The notes beneath the pieces are model-generated. The model searched no databases, had not been told where the DNA came from, and saw only the letters and a program-made list of their open reading frames with translations. A stretch of 64,000 nucleotides of DNA from Gammaproteobacteria bacterium (lineage in GTDB: Bacteria > Pseudomonadota > Gammaproteobacteria > JACCXJ01): contig JBOIDR010000006.1 in NCBI GenBank assembly GCA_050740695.1, positions 4,677-68,676 on the forward strand, written 5' to 3'. Shown in pieces: positions 31,788-43,151 of the stretch. Positions within the stretch are counted from its first letter, which is position 1; each line of letters begins with the position of its first letter. Position numbers and translations under genes: made by a program.

Positions 31788-33221
31788 ATGGTGTTGGTAC
31801 AGTGCATACGCACGGCCTTGATCGCCGTGCTGCTGGTCGCGGGCTGGCAGTCGTTCTCGATGGCGGAGGCGCGGGAACTCCCCAACTTCGTGCAATTGGC
31901 GGAGGACAACAGCCCCGCGGTCGTCAACATCGGGACCAGCGTCAAGAACGATGATGCGAAGGGGCCGGCGCCCCAGCTCCAGATCCCCGACATCCCCGAG
32001 GACAGCCCGCTGCACGACTTCTTCAAGAAGTTCTTCGGTGAAGGCATGGAGGGGCCCGACCTCACGCCCCGATCCTCGCTCGGCTCGGGGTTCATCATCT
32101 CCGACGACGGCTATGTTATTTCCAACTTTCACGTGGTCAAGGATGCCGACGAGATCATCGTGCGCTTGAGCGATCGGCGCGAATTCGTCGCCAAGGTCAT
32201 CGGCAGTGACGAGCGCAGTGACCTCGCGGTCCTCAAGATAGACGCCGAGGACCTGCCGGTGGTGCGCCTTGGGCACGCTACCGATCTCAAGGTCGGCGAA
32301 TGGGTCCTGGCGATCGGGTCTCCGTTCGGCTTCGATCACTCGGTGACGGCCGGGATCGTGAGCGCCAAGGGTAGGGCCCTGCCCAACGAGAACTACGTGC
32401 CTTTCATCCAGACCGATGTGGCCATCAACCCCGGCAACTCGGGCGGGCCGCTCTTCAACCTCAATGGAGAGGTGGTCGGGGTCAATTCCCAGATCTACAG
32501 CCGCACTGGCGGGTTCATGGGCTTGTCGTTCGCCATACCGGTTGAGGTGGTGATGAACGTCTACCACCAGATCCGGGACAAGGGGAAAGTCTCGCGAGGC
32601 TGGTTGGGCGTGTTGATACAAGAGGTCACCCGGGAGTTGGCGGAGTCCTTTGGGATGGACAAGCCCCATGGCGCATTGGTCGCGAAGGTGCTGCCGAACA
32701 GCCCGGCCGCCGCCGCCGGGATCAAGCCGGGCGACGTGGTCGTGGATTTCAACGGGGTCGAGATCGACCTGTCGTCCGATCTGCCGCCGCTCGTCGGCGG
32801 CACCGAGGTCGGGAAAAAGATACCGGTCGAGATCGTGCGCGACGGCAAGCCTATGAAGCTGGATCTCGAGATCGGCGAGCTTCCGCCCGAGGAGCAGCTC
32901 AAGCACGCCTCGTCGGACAAGGCCGACACCGCCACCGACAACCGGCTCAAGATCGCCGTCAAAGACCTCACCGATAAGCAACGGGAGGAACTGGAACTGC
33001 CCGGCCATGGGGTCGTGGTCGAGCGCGTCCAGCTCGGCCCCGCGCGCCGCGCAGGGATCCGCAAGGGCGACATCGTGACCATGATCGATGACGAGCGAGT
33101 CAAGGACGCCAAGCACTTCAAGGAGCTGGTCGAGGCCCTCCCGGCCGGCAAATCCGCGCCGATCTTGGTGCAACGGGCCGGCCAGCCCATCTTTCTGGCC
33201 ATCAAGGTCCCGGCCGAGTAA
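31788..33221 (+). CDS. degP: Periplasmic serine endoprotease DegP/DegQ/MucD (trypsin-like domain plus two PDZ domains)
   Basis: The ATG at 31788 gives a signal peptide. The catalytic His region (SNFHVV), SDLAVLKI and GNSGGPL are present, followed by two PDZ-like regions. Confidence 0.9.
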   Translation: MVLVQCIRTALIAVLLVAGWQSFSMAEARELPNFVQLAEDNSPAVVNIGTSVKNDDAKGPAPQLQIPDIPEDSPLHDFFKKFFGEGMEGPDLTPRSSLGSGFIISDDGYVISNFHVVKDADEIIVRLSDRREFVAKVIGSDERSDLAVLKIDAEDLPVVRLGHATDLKVGEWVLAIGSPFGFDHSVTAGIVSAKGRALPNENYVPFIQTDVAINPGNSGGPLFNLNGEVVGVNSQIYSRTGGFMGLSFAIPVEVVMNVYHQIRDKGKVSRGWLGVLIQEVTRELAESFGMDKPHGALVAKVLPNSPAAAAGIKPGDVVVDFNGVEIDLSSDLPPLVGGTEVGKKIPVEIVRDGKPMKLDLEIGELPPEEQLKHASSDKADTATDNRLKIAVKDLTDKQREELELPGHGVVVERVQLGPARRAGIRKGDIVTMIDDERVKDAKHFKELVEALPAGKSAPILVQRAGQPIFLAIKVPAE

Positions 33222-33247
33222 AGGGCCAATCAAGGGCCCCCTGGGGT

Positions 33248-33278
33248 GCGCGGCGCTCGAATAGGGCCGGCGCCGCGC
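33248..33278 (+). terminator. GC-rich hairpin after degP (weak terminator candidate)
   Basis: GCGCGGCGC (33248-33256) pairs with GCGCCGCGC (33270-33278). There is no clear U-tract. Confidence 0.3.
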
Positions 33279-33464
33279 CCGGGAAGCATCCTTTGGTCGG
33301 AACCGGGCCTAGCGGTTACAATTAAACGCCGATTGGCGTGCCGATCGGCAGCCCTTGCCACCCAGGATCACGGACCACCAACCTTGCCCGTTCCCATGCC
33401 CGCGAATGGTCATCTCGAGGCGGCGCGTTGGCGTAGCCGCGTTTCCCATATCCGCTGATTGAGC

Positions 33465-35257
<1,793 letters not shown>

Positions 35258-35261
<4 letters not shown>

Positions 35262-36055
35262 ACATCGATTTCGCGGTGATCCTGGTTCTCCTGGTCGCGA
35301 CTAGCGGTGTCATTTGCCTGTTCGATGTGGTATTTCTGGCGCCCGGACGCCGTGGCGGCGTGGTCGGGAAAGCCAGCGACCTGGCCGAAGGGGAGCCGAA
35401 ACGCCCCGTCATCGTCGAATACGCCCGGTCGTTCTTTCCGATATTCCTGATCGTATTGCTGTTGCGCTCGTTCCTCGTCGAGCCCTTCAGGATCCCGTCG
35501 GGGTCGATGATCCCGACCCTGTTCATCGGGGATTTCATCCTGGTCAACAAGTTCACCTATGGGATCCGCCTGCCGGTCTTGAACGTCAAGGTCTTCGAGC
35601 TGGGATCCCCGAAGCGCGGGGACGTGGTGGTGTTCCGCTACCCCGAGGACCTCTCTACGCCCTTCATCAAACGCGTGGTCGGGCTGCCCGGTGATCGCAT
35701 CGGCTATAGAGACAAGACTGTCCGGATCAACGGTGAGCCCGTCGAGCAGGCGCTGCGCGGTGTGTACGACGATGGCGGGTCCGGCGCACAGGCCGATCTG
35801 CGGTACGAGACCCTGGGCACGGTCGTCCATCCAATCCTGATCGAATCGGAGCGGCCCTCTCTCGACAGCGAGGTCGTGGTCGCGGAGGGCCACTACTTCG
35901 TGATGGGGGACAACCGGGACAACAGTCGTGACAGCCGTTCCTGGGGCACGGTCCCCGATGATCACCTGATCGGGAAGGCGTTCTTGATCTGGATGAGCTG
36001 GGACAGCGAGAATACGGGTGTCAGATGGACGCGTATCGGTCGCTATATCGATTGA
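35258..36055 (+). CDS. lepB: Signal peptidase I
   Basis: The ATG overlaps the lepA stop codon. Motifs [26 protein letters not shown] and [11 protein letters not shown] are present. Confidence 0.9.
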
Positions 36056-36099
36056 TTCCAGTTCTGCAATCAATTAGATTAGCCATGGGAGAAAAAACC

Positions 36100-36507
36100 A
36101 TGCTATCTCGGGTCCCCTCTTCCCAGCGCGGGCTTACGTTGATCGGCTTCTTCGTCGTCTGCGTCCTCGTCGGTTTCGCCGCGCTCGTCGTCATGAAGCT
36201 CTTTCCACTTTATAACGAGAGCTTCAAGGTCCGCGCTGCGCTGGAGTCCATCTCCAGCCAGCCGGAGATCGCCCAGAAGACCGCCCAAGAGATCCGCACC
36301 TTGGTGATGCGCAACTTCGAGGTCTCCGACGTCGATCGCTTCACCGATGCCACGCTCAAGAACGCCTTGAGCGTGAAACGCGACCCGAGCGGCAGGCAGC
36401 GACTGGTGCGCATGGCCTATGAAGCGCGCGGTCCCTTATTCGGCGGCCTTGATGTCGTCCTCAATATCGACGAGAGCATCACCATCCCCGGTGCCGCCAC
36501 GGAGTGA
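36100..36507 (+). CDS. DUF4845-domain membrane protein
   Basis: QRGLTLIGFFVVCVLVGFAALVVMKLFPLYNESFKV is the typical DUF4845 N-terminus. The position between lepB and rnc is conserved. Confidence 0.7.
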   Translation: MLSRVPSSQRGLTLIGFFVVCVLVGFAALVVMKLFPLYNESFKVRAALESISSQPEIAQKTAQEIRTLVMRNFEVSDVDRFTDATLKNALSVKRDPSGRQRLVRMAYEARGPLFGGLDVVLNIDESITIPGAATE

Positions 36508-37204
36508 GCGGGCCCGCGATTTCCCTGCGCGTCTCGGCCACCGTTTCCGCGACGCGGCGTTACTGCGCACCGCGCTGACCCACAGCAGCGCCGGTGAGGT
36601 CAATAACGAGCGCCTGGAATTCTTGGGAGATGCGGTGCTCGCCTTGCTCATCGGCGAAAGCCTGTATGAGCGTTTCCCCGGAGCCAACGAGGGACAACTG
36701 AGCCGCCTGCGCGCCTCCCTGGTCAAACGGGAAACCCTGGCCCGGCTCGCCCGAGGCCTGGTGCTGGGTCCCCACCTCGTCCTTGGTGAAGGCGAAAAAA
36801 GGAGCGGCGGGGTAGAGCGGGACTCCAATCTCGCAAATGCCCTCGAGGCTGTCATCGGCGCCATTTACCTGGACGGGGGGATCGACGCATGCCGCGCCGA
36901 GGTGCTCCCTTGGTTTGCCGGGACGTTGGCGAACCTGGTTCGCAATGGTCTTCGTAAGGACCCGAAGACCGAGCTTCAGGAGCACCTCCAATCCCGCCAC
37001 CTGCCGGTCCCGATCTACGACGTTACCGACATCGCGGGTCCGCCGCACCGTCGCGTGTTTACGGTCAGTTGCACCAGCGAGGCGCTGGATGTCCCCGTGG
37101 CCGGCCACGGGAGCAGTCGCAGGCGTGCGGAACAAGCCGCCGCGCAAGGCGCGCTCGCGCTCTTGACGGACCGCGGCGTCGCTCGCAAGATCCCGGAGGA
37201 ATAG
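36491..37204 (+). CDS. rnc: Ribonuclease III
   Basis: LGHRFRDAALLRTALTHSS..NERLEFLGDAVL plus a C-terminal dsRBD (GSSRRRAEQAAAQ). The start is uncertain. The GTG at 36491 gives an N-terminal length like E. coli Rnc; the track start at 36419 is an upstream run-on. Confidence 0.85.
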   Translation: MPPRSERARDFPARLGHRFRDAALLRTALTHSSAGEVNNERLEFLGDAVLALLIGESLYERFPGANEGQLSRLRASLVKRETLARLARGLVLGPHLVLGEGEKRSGGVERDSNLANALEAVIGAIYLDGGIDACRAEVLPWFAGTLANLVRNGLRKDPKTELQEHLQSRHLPVPIYDVTDIAGPPHRRVFTVSCTSEALDVPVAGHGSSRRRAEQAAAQGALALLTDRGVARKIPEE

Positions 37205-37206
37205 GC

Positions 37207-38124
37207 ATGGATCATTCGGGAGCTTCGACTGTTGCCGGGATCAGGCGTTGTGGCCTCTGCGCCATCGTAGGCCGGCCCAATGTCGGAAAATCCACGCTCT
37301 TGAACCGCGTGCTGGGACAAAGGCTCAGCATCACCTCACGCAAGCCCCAAACCACCCGGTACGCCATCCTCGGGATCAAGACCGACGGAAACGATCAGGC
37401 AGTGTACGTGGATACCCCCGGTCTGCGCGGGGCGGAAGGGCGGGCCCTCAATCGTGCGCTTTACCGTGCGGCCTGCCGCGCCATCGACGAGGTCCACGTG
37501 CTGGTCTTCCTGATCGAGGCGCTGCGCTGGACCGAAGCCGACCAGTACGTCTTCACACGGCTCCGGGACCAGCGCCGGCCGGTGATCCTCGCTATCAACA
37601 AGGTCGACAGGGTCGGCGACAAGCGCCTGCTCTTACCGTTTCTCGATCAGGTCGGTGGATTGATGGACTTCGCGGAGGTGATACCGATCTCGAGTGCCAA
37701 GGGCGACAACATCGTGGCGCTCGAAGAGGCGGTGGTGCGCCTCTTGCCCGAGGGTACGCCCCTCTACCCGGACGACCAGTTGACCGACCGCAGCGAGCGC
37801 TTCTTCGCGGCGGAGTTGATCCGTGAGAAGCTCTTGAGGACGCTCGGTGCCGAGGTGCCGCATCGACTGTCGGTCGTGATCGACGAGTTCGAGTGCGCAC
37901 CGGACTTGGATCGCATCTGTGCCACGATCTGGGTCGAGCGCAGCGGGCAGAAGCGTATCGTCATCGGTCAGGGCGGCGCCGGCCTCAAACGCGTGGGCGA
38001 GGAGGCACGGCTGGACATGGAGCGCATGTTTGGCCGGAAGGTCTTTCTGCGGACTTGGGTGAAGGTCAAAGAGCACTGGTCCGATGATGTGCGCGCCTTG
38101 CAGCGACTGGGTCTCTGCGATTGA
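37207..38124 (+). CDS. era: GTPase Era
   Basis: GRPNVGKSTLLN, DTPG, NKVD and a KH domain at the C-terminus. GGAGGAATAGGC precedes the ATG. Confidence 0.92.
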   Translation: MDHSGASTVAGIRRCGLCAIVGRPNVGKSTLLNRVLGQRLSITSRKPQTTRYAILGIKTDGNDQAVYVDTPGLRGAEGRALNRALYRAACRAIDEVHVLVFLIEALRWTEADQYVFTRLRDQRRPVILAINKVDRVGDKRLLLPFLDQVGGLMDFAEVIPISSAKGDNIVALEEAVVRLLPEGTPLYPDDQLTDRSERFFAAELIREKLLRTLGAEVPHRLSVVIDEFECAPDLDRICATIWVERSGQKRIVIGQGGAGLKRVGEEARLDMERMFGRKVFLRTWVKVKEHWSDDVRALQRLGLCD

Positions 38125-38173
38125 CGAGGGTTCGGCCCCAGGTCGGAGCGATTGACCGGAGCGATTGAACGGC

Positions 38174-38893
38174 ATGCGCGTCGAATTGCATCCGGCCTTC
38201 GTGATCCACCAGCGCGCTTATCGCGAGACCAGCCTCGTCGTGGAGGTGTTTTCCTCCCGGCAAGGCCGCGTCGGGATCGTCGCCAAGGGTGCTCACCGGC
38301 CGCGTTCTCCCTGGCGTGGGGTCTTGCAACCCTTTCAAAGCCTTCTGCTCGCCTGGTCCGGACGGGGCGAACTCGGCACCCTGACCTACGCCGAGCAGGC
38401 CGGATCCACGCTGCCCCTGTCCGGTGGCCGGATCCTGAGCGGCTTCTATGTCAACGAACTGCTCACGCGGCTTTTGACGCGCAGCGACCCCCACCCACGT
38501 CTCTATGAGGCCTACGCCGAGGTCCTGACGGCGCTGGCGGGGCCCTCCGCCGAAGAGCCGGTCCTTCGGGTCTTCGAGAAACGATTGCTCGCGGAGATCG
38601 GCTACGGTCTGGTGCTCGATCGGGCCAATGATGGCGGGGCCGCCATCGAGGACGGTCGCGATTACTACTATCAGATCGACAAGGGACCCTGGCACGTGGC
38701 GCCTGTCGATGTTGCGACGGTCAAGATCAGCGGAGGTGCGCTCGTCGCGCTGGCGCGCGAGGCGCTGACCGGGCGCGAGCACCTGCGCGAGACCAAGGCG
38801 CTCATGCGGTTCGTGCTCGGTGCCTACCTGGGCGGCCGCCCGCTCGCCAGCCGCGAGCTTTTCAGGGCCGCGTCGGACGGTGCATCGCCATAG
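38174..38893 (+). CDS. recO: DNA repair protein RecO
   Basis: AFVIHQRAYRETSLVVEVFSSRQGRVGIVAKGA is the RecO N-terminal OB fold. An alternative start is the TTG at 38165. Confidence 0.88.
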   Translation: MRVELHPAFVIHQRAYRETSLVVEVFSSRQGRVGIVAKGAHRPRSPWRGVLQPFQSLLLAWSGRGELGTLTYAEQAGSTLPLSGGRILSGFYVNELLTRLLTRSDPHPRLYEAYAEVLTALAGPSAEEPVLRVFEKRLLAEIGYGLVLDRANDGGAAIEDGRDYYYQIDKGPWHVAPVDVATVKISGGALVALAREALTGREHLRETKALMRFVLGAYLGGRPLASRELFRAASDGASP

Positions 38894-39050
38894 GCGTGTT
38901 CCGATGCAATGCCGAGCGGTCCCACTTCCGAGATCCCCCTTGCTGTCCCGGATGCAAGGTGGGGGCGAGCATAAAGCCCGATTAAGGCGCCCCATATGGG
39001 CTGCTAACGGATCGTGAACAGGCGCTACAAATCACCTGGATGGTAACGTG

Positions 39051-39803
39051 ATGAACCCAGTCCCCTGTATAGATCTCGGTGTGAATATCGACCACGTCGC
39101 GACCTTGCGGCAAGCACGGGGTACCCGGTATCCAGACCCGGTGCAGGCAGCGCTTCTGGCCGAGCAGGCCGGCGCGGATGCCATCACCGTACACCTTCGC
39201 GAGGACCGGCGGCATATCCAGGTGCGCGACGTGGAGTTGCTGTCCGAGGTGATCGAGACCCGCCTCAACCTCGAGATGGCGGTGAGCGACGAGATGGTCA
39301 GCATCGCCGAGCGCCTGCGCCCGGCCGACTGCTGTCTGGTTCCGGAACGCCGTGAGGAGCTGACCACCGAGGGCGGTCTCGATGTGGCAGGGCAGTTGGA
39401 ACGCGTCCGCGAGGTGTGCCGGCGGCTCGCCGCGGCCGGGGTCCGTGTCTCGCTCTTCATAGACCCCGAACCGCGGCAGGTCGAGTCCGCCCGCGCGGCC
39501 GATGCCCCGGTCGTCGAGCTACATACGGGACGTTACGCGGACCGTAGCGAGCGACAGGCTCGGCAGTCGGAATTCGATCGCGTCATGGATGCCGCGCGCC
39601 AGGCCGCCGAAAGTGGAATGACGGTTCATGCCGGTCATGGCCTCAATTACCACAACGTCAGGCCCATCGCGGCGATCCCGCAGGTGACCGAGCTGAATAT
39701 CGGTCATGCCATCGTAGCGCGGGCGGTCTTCGTTGGTCTCACCGAGGCCGTGCGGGAGATGAAACGCCTGCTGTGCGAGGCGAGGCGGCACGGCCCTGGG
39801 TGA
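39051..39803 (+). CDS. pdxJ: Pyridoxine 5'-phosphate synthase
   Basis: [41 protein letters not shown]. Confidence 0.92.
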   Translation: MNPVPCIDLGVNIDHVATLRQARGTRYPDPVQAALLAEQAGADAITVHLREDRRHIQVRDVELLSEVIETRLNLEMAVSDEMVSIAERLRPADCCLVPERREELTTEGGLDVAGQLERVREVCRRLAAAGVRVSLFIDPEPRQVESARAADAPVVELHTGRYADRSERQARQSEFDRVMDAARQAAESGMTVHAGHGLNYHNVRPIAAIPQVTELNIGHAIVARAVFVGLTEAVREMKRLLCEARRHGPG

Positions 39804-39962
39804 GCGGCACAAAGCCCGCGGCGCATCCCCGCAACCAACGGTAGCAACGCGGGTGTGCCGCGCCGGAGTCATGATGTCTCGCCGTCCGGGCCGGTAACTT
39901 CGGTCTGAATCGATCCCCACTCGGACTAGTCCTGACCATACGCGTCTGCCGGCAGGCCTTCC

Positions 39963-40718
39963 TCAGCTTGTCATCGATTTAAGACATCTGCGCACCTGGC
40001 CGGTAAGCCGGCGGCTGACCGACAACCGCTTTTCTGTCCCGCGCAATTTGACCGCTAGGCCACCCACACCATCGCGCGCCAGGGCTTCGACTCGGGAGAG
40101 CGATACCAAAGCGTTGCGGTGGATGCGGAGGAACCGCTCGCCGAATTCGGCCTCCAGGGTTTTGAGCGTCTCCTCGATGACGAGCTCTCCCCCCGTCCAA
40201 ACCACCGTGACATATTTCTGATCCGCCTGGAAGTAAAGCACCTTATCCACGGGCACAAGCCTCAGGCTGCCGCCTACCGGCGCGCTCAGATGGGTTCGGC
40301 CTCGAGTCGGACCGGTCCGCTCCTTGAGGATATCGAGCCGACCCCGGCTCAGCACTTCGGCCCGCTGGAAACTGCGCAAGAGCCGCTGCCTGCGGATCGG
40401 CTTTAGCAGGTAATCGACGGCACTAGCTTCGAAGGCATCGAGCGCGTGGTCCCCGTAGGCCGTCGTAAAGATGACCGCCGGGGGAGGCTCATAGTAGGCC
40501 AGATGTTGCGCTACCTCCAACCCGTCCATGCCAGGCATGCGGATATCGAGTAACACGAGTTGCGGCGCATGCGCCGCAACGGCGCTCAGGGCCTCGATCC
40601 CGTTTCCCGCTTCTCCCACGACCTCACCGATCCCAAGCTCGCGGATCAATGAGGCGAGCCGCTCGCGCGCGAGCGGCTCATCATCCACGATGAGGATCCG
40701 CATCTTCGGCGCGTTCAT
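39963..40718 (-). CDS. algR: LytR/AlgR-family response regulator (REC plus LytTR)
   Basis: MRILIVDDEPLARERL.., VLLDIRMPGMDG and a C-terminal LytTR domain (YFQADQKYVTV..FLRIHRNALV). An alternative ATG is at 40703. Confidence 0.85.
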   Translation of the reverse strand: MNAPKMRILIVDDEPLARERLASLIRELGIGEVVGEAGNGIEALSAVAAHAPQLVLLDIRMPGMDGLEVAQHLAYYEPPPAVIFTTAYGDHALDAFEASAVDYLLKPIRRQRLLRSFQRAEVLSRGRLDILKERTGPTRGRTHLSAPVGGSLRLVPVDKVLYFQADQKYVTVVWTGGELVIEETLKTLEAEFGERFLRIHRNALVSLSRVEALARDGVGGLAVKLRGTEKRLSVSRRLTGQVRRCLKSMTS

Positions 40719-41760
40719 AAGGGAATGATAGTGTCGCCCGGTAGTGATCGCCCAAGTCCTCCACCGTCAGCCCACCCGACCCGCCGTAGAAAGCCTGCAG
40801 TCGTTGCCCCACGTTTTCCTGGGCGAAGCCATGGCTTGCGCGTGAGGATCGCCTGCCATCCTTCGGCTTGGGATTTTCGATCACGACCGTGAGCCGGTAC
40901 CCCTCGCGCTGCCCCCTGATCCGAGTCACCCCACCCTGGGGCAAGGGCTCGATCCCATGGTAGATCGCGTTCTCGATGAGCGGCTGAATCGATAACACCG
41001 GTACCAGGGCGTCCGCCGGTAACTCATCGATTTGCCAATCGATCGCCAAGCGATCTTGCAAGCGTAGGGCTTCTATCCGTAAATACTGTCGGCACAACTC
41101 AAGCTCCCCACCGAGCGTGACCCGATGACGGGCGGGCAGGAGGCTCGCTCGAAACAGATCGGCTAAGTCTTCGACCGCTTCCTCGGCCAGCATTGGATGG
41201 CTGCGGGTCAGGCTGGCGATGGTGTTCATGCAGTTGAAAAAAAAATGCGGCCGAATGCGCGCCTGCAGGGCCTGGAGGCGGGCCTCGGCCTCCGATTCGA
41301 TGCGCTGCTCCCAGTGATGGTGGACATACATGTAACGGAGCGCGATGGCCATGACGATCGCCGCAATCGCCAGATTTCGTGCCAGAAACCCTCCCCTGGA
41401 AGCCGCACCGAGGGGCATCGGGTTGCCTAGGCGATCTAGGGTCCACCACGCCAGCTCGCTCAACACCCAGGCGATCGCGAGCATCGAAACATAAGCGAGC
41501 ATTGCTACCCGGGCCTCGCTGAGGCGGGCGTAAAGCGTTCGGCTGGCGCACAGAACCGCGGCGCAGCAAAGAGTAACCCATTGAATGAAAAGGGACTTGA
41601 GGCCCAGATCGTCGAAGCTTGCGTTTACATCCGTGGCGGTCGATAGAGTCAGTACGATGGCCAATAGCTCGCCCATCAAGACCAGCACGAACACCGGCCG
41701 GGCGGTGCAGAAGTTGGGTATGAACTGCCGATCATTGGCGCGCGCGACAGGCAGTATCAT
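40681..41760 (-). CDS. fimS: LytS/FimS(AlgZ)-type sensor histidine kinase
   Basis: Four N-terminal TM segments (..FIPNFCTARPVFVLVLMGELLAIVLTL..) and a His_kinase (PF06580-type) region (IRPHFFFNCMNTIASL). The ATG at 41760 has a GGTGGGG ribosome-binding site. The 3' end overlaps algR. Confidence 0.8.
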   Translation of the reverse strand: MILPVARANDRQFIPNFCTARPVFVLVLMGELLAIVLTLSTATDVNASFDDLGLKSLFIQWVTLCCAAVLCASRTLYARLSEARVAMLAYVSMLAIAWVLSELAWWTLDRLGNPMPLGAASRGGFLARNLAIAAIVMAIALRYMYVHHHWEQRIESEAEARLQALQARIRPHFFFNCMNTIASLTRSHPMLAEEAVEDLADLFRASLLPARHRVTLGGELELCRQYLRIEALRLQDRLAIDWQIDELPADALVPVLSIQPLIENAIYHGIEPLPQGGVTRIRGQREGYRLTVVIENPKPKDGRRSSRASHGFAQENVGQRLQAFYGGSGGLTVEDLGDHYRATLSFPYERAEDADPHRG

Positions 41761-41937
41761 GACCCCACCACGCGTCTTAAACTTCCCAAAGCTGGACCTC
41801 ACTATGGGGTTCTCTCGTGCTCAATTATAGCGGCGGCAAACCGAGGAGGATCGGACCCGCTGCATCTTCATCATCGCCGGAGGTATCGGCCTTGGCATCC
41901 TGAACTCGAAGATCAGGGTTCAGCTCGGCCGATATAA

Positions 41938-41946
41938 CCGTTCGTC
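41938..41946 (+). promoter_or_regulatory. Perfect match to the AlgR 9-mer
   Basis: CCGTTCGTC is the core defined at P. aeruginosa algD. It lies in the divergent fimS-fimT spacer, about 145 nt upstream of the fimT ATG. Confidence 0.45.
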
Positions 41947-42090
41947 GGATAAATCATCGCGTTGGTCTTCTTTCCGCTCAAGAAGGAAGATCGGCTGAAC
42001 GATACGACGGGCCATCGAGAGCAACGCATCGCATATGCAAAACACATCAAGCAAGAGGAATGGCATGCTGGCACACAGAGACGGCCAAGC

Positions 42091-42654
42091 ATGAACAAGT
42101 TGAACGCCTCCGGATTTACGCTCATCGAGCTCATGGTCGCCGTCGCCGTCTTGGCGATCGCGCTTGGGGCCGGGGTTCCCTCCATGTCGGAGTTCATCAA
42201 GAACTCACGCCTGGCCGCGCATACCAACGACCTCCTCGCCTCTCTGCACCTGGCGCGCACCGAAGCTGGCAAACGCAACGCACGGGTCACGCTGTGTAAG
42301 AGCGCGGACGCCACCACCTGCACTACCGCGGCCGGGACGGGCTGGGAGATCGGCTGGGTGGTGTTCGCCGATGCCGCGCCGTTCGGGACCCGCGAAGGCG
42401 CTGACCCGGTGCTCGATTCGCACGGCGTGGCCGCTACCAATGTCTCCATCACGCCGCGCGCCGCGGACACCATAGGGGACTTCGTCTCCTACACCTCTCG
42501 CGGTGCCATACGAGATGCTGCCGGCGCCGCGCAAAATGGGGTGTTTCGTGTGTGCGACGAACGAGGGCTCGGACACGCGCGCGGGCTGGTGCTGAGCCCG
42601 ACGGGGCGCGCCGAGTTTACCAAGGATATGAGTGTAATCGGGGCCTGTCCATGA
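42091..42654 (+). CDS. fimT: GspH/FimT(FimU)-family minor pseudopilin
   Basis: Prepilin leader and N-methylation site (NASG/FTLIELMVAVAVLAI), then ..FIKNSRLAAHTNDLLASLHLARTEA. Confidence 0.8.
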   Translation: MNKLNASGFTLIELMVAVAVLAIALGAGVPSMSEFIKNSRLAAHTNDLLASLHLARTEAGKRNARVTLCKSADATTCTTAAGTGWEIGWVVFADAAPFGTREGADPVLDSHGVAATNVSITPRAADTIGDFVSYTSRGAIRDAAGAAQNGVFRVCDERGLGHARGLVLSPTGRAEFTKDMSVIGACP

Positions 42655-43151
42655 ACGCTCCTCGAACACCGCGAAAAGAACAAGGTGCCTTCATGATAGA
42701 GGTGCTCATCACTATCCTCATCATGTCGGTGGGACTCCTGGGGATCGCGGCGATGCAGGCCGAAGCGCTGAAAGGCGGCAACGATTCGATACTCCGGTCT
42801 AAGGCCGTGGTGTCCGTTGGCGACATCACCGATCGCATACGGGCCAATCTAGCGGGATTGGCGAGTTATTCCCGGGCGCTGAGTGGCACCCCCGTCGCCA
42901 GTCCGCCCGACTGCGTGGCGAACCAGTGCACAGCGGCGCAGATGGCCACATACGATATGTCCCAGTGGCTAGCGGCACTCCAAGATCAGGCGTCGGGGCT
43001 CCCGGGGGCGCAAGCCGCGATCGTGCAGCCCGCCGCCCCGCCGGCAGGTACCGCGGGATTGCTGACCATCACGGTCCAGTGGACCGATCGGCTGCAGCGC
43101 AACGAGGGGACCGCCACGCCCGAGCAGTACATCACTCAGGTGCAGTTCTGA
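42651..43151 (+). CDS. pilV: Type IV pilus minor pilin PilV
   Basis: KEQGAFMIEVLITILIMSVGLLGIAAMQ. The ATG overlaps the fimT stop codon. Confidence 0.85.
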   Translation: MNAPRTPRKEQGAFMIEVLITILIMSVGLLGIAAMQAEALKGGNDSILRSKAVVSVGDITDRIRANLAGLASYSRALSGTPVASPPDCVANQCTAAQMATYDMSQWLAALQDQASGLPGAQAAIVQPAAPPAGTAGLLTITVQWTDRLQRNEGTATPEQYITQVQF

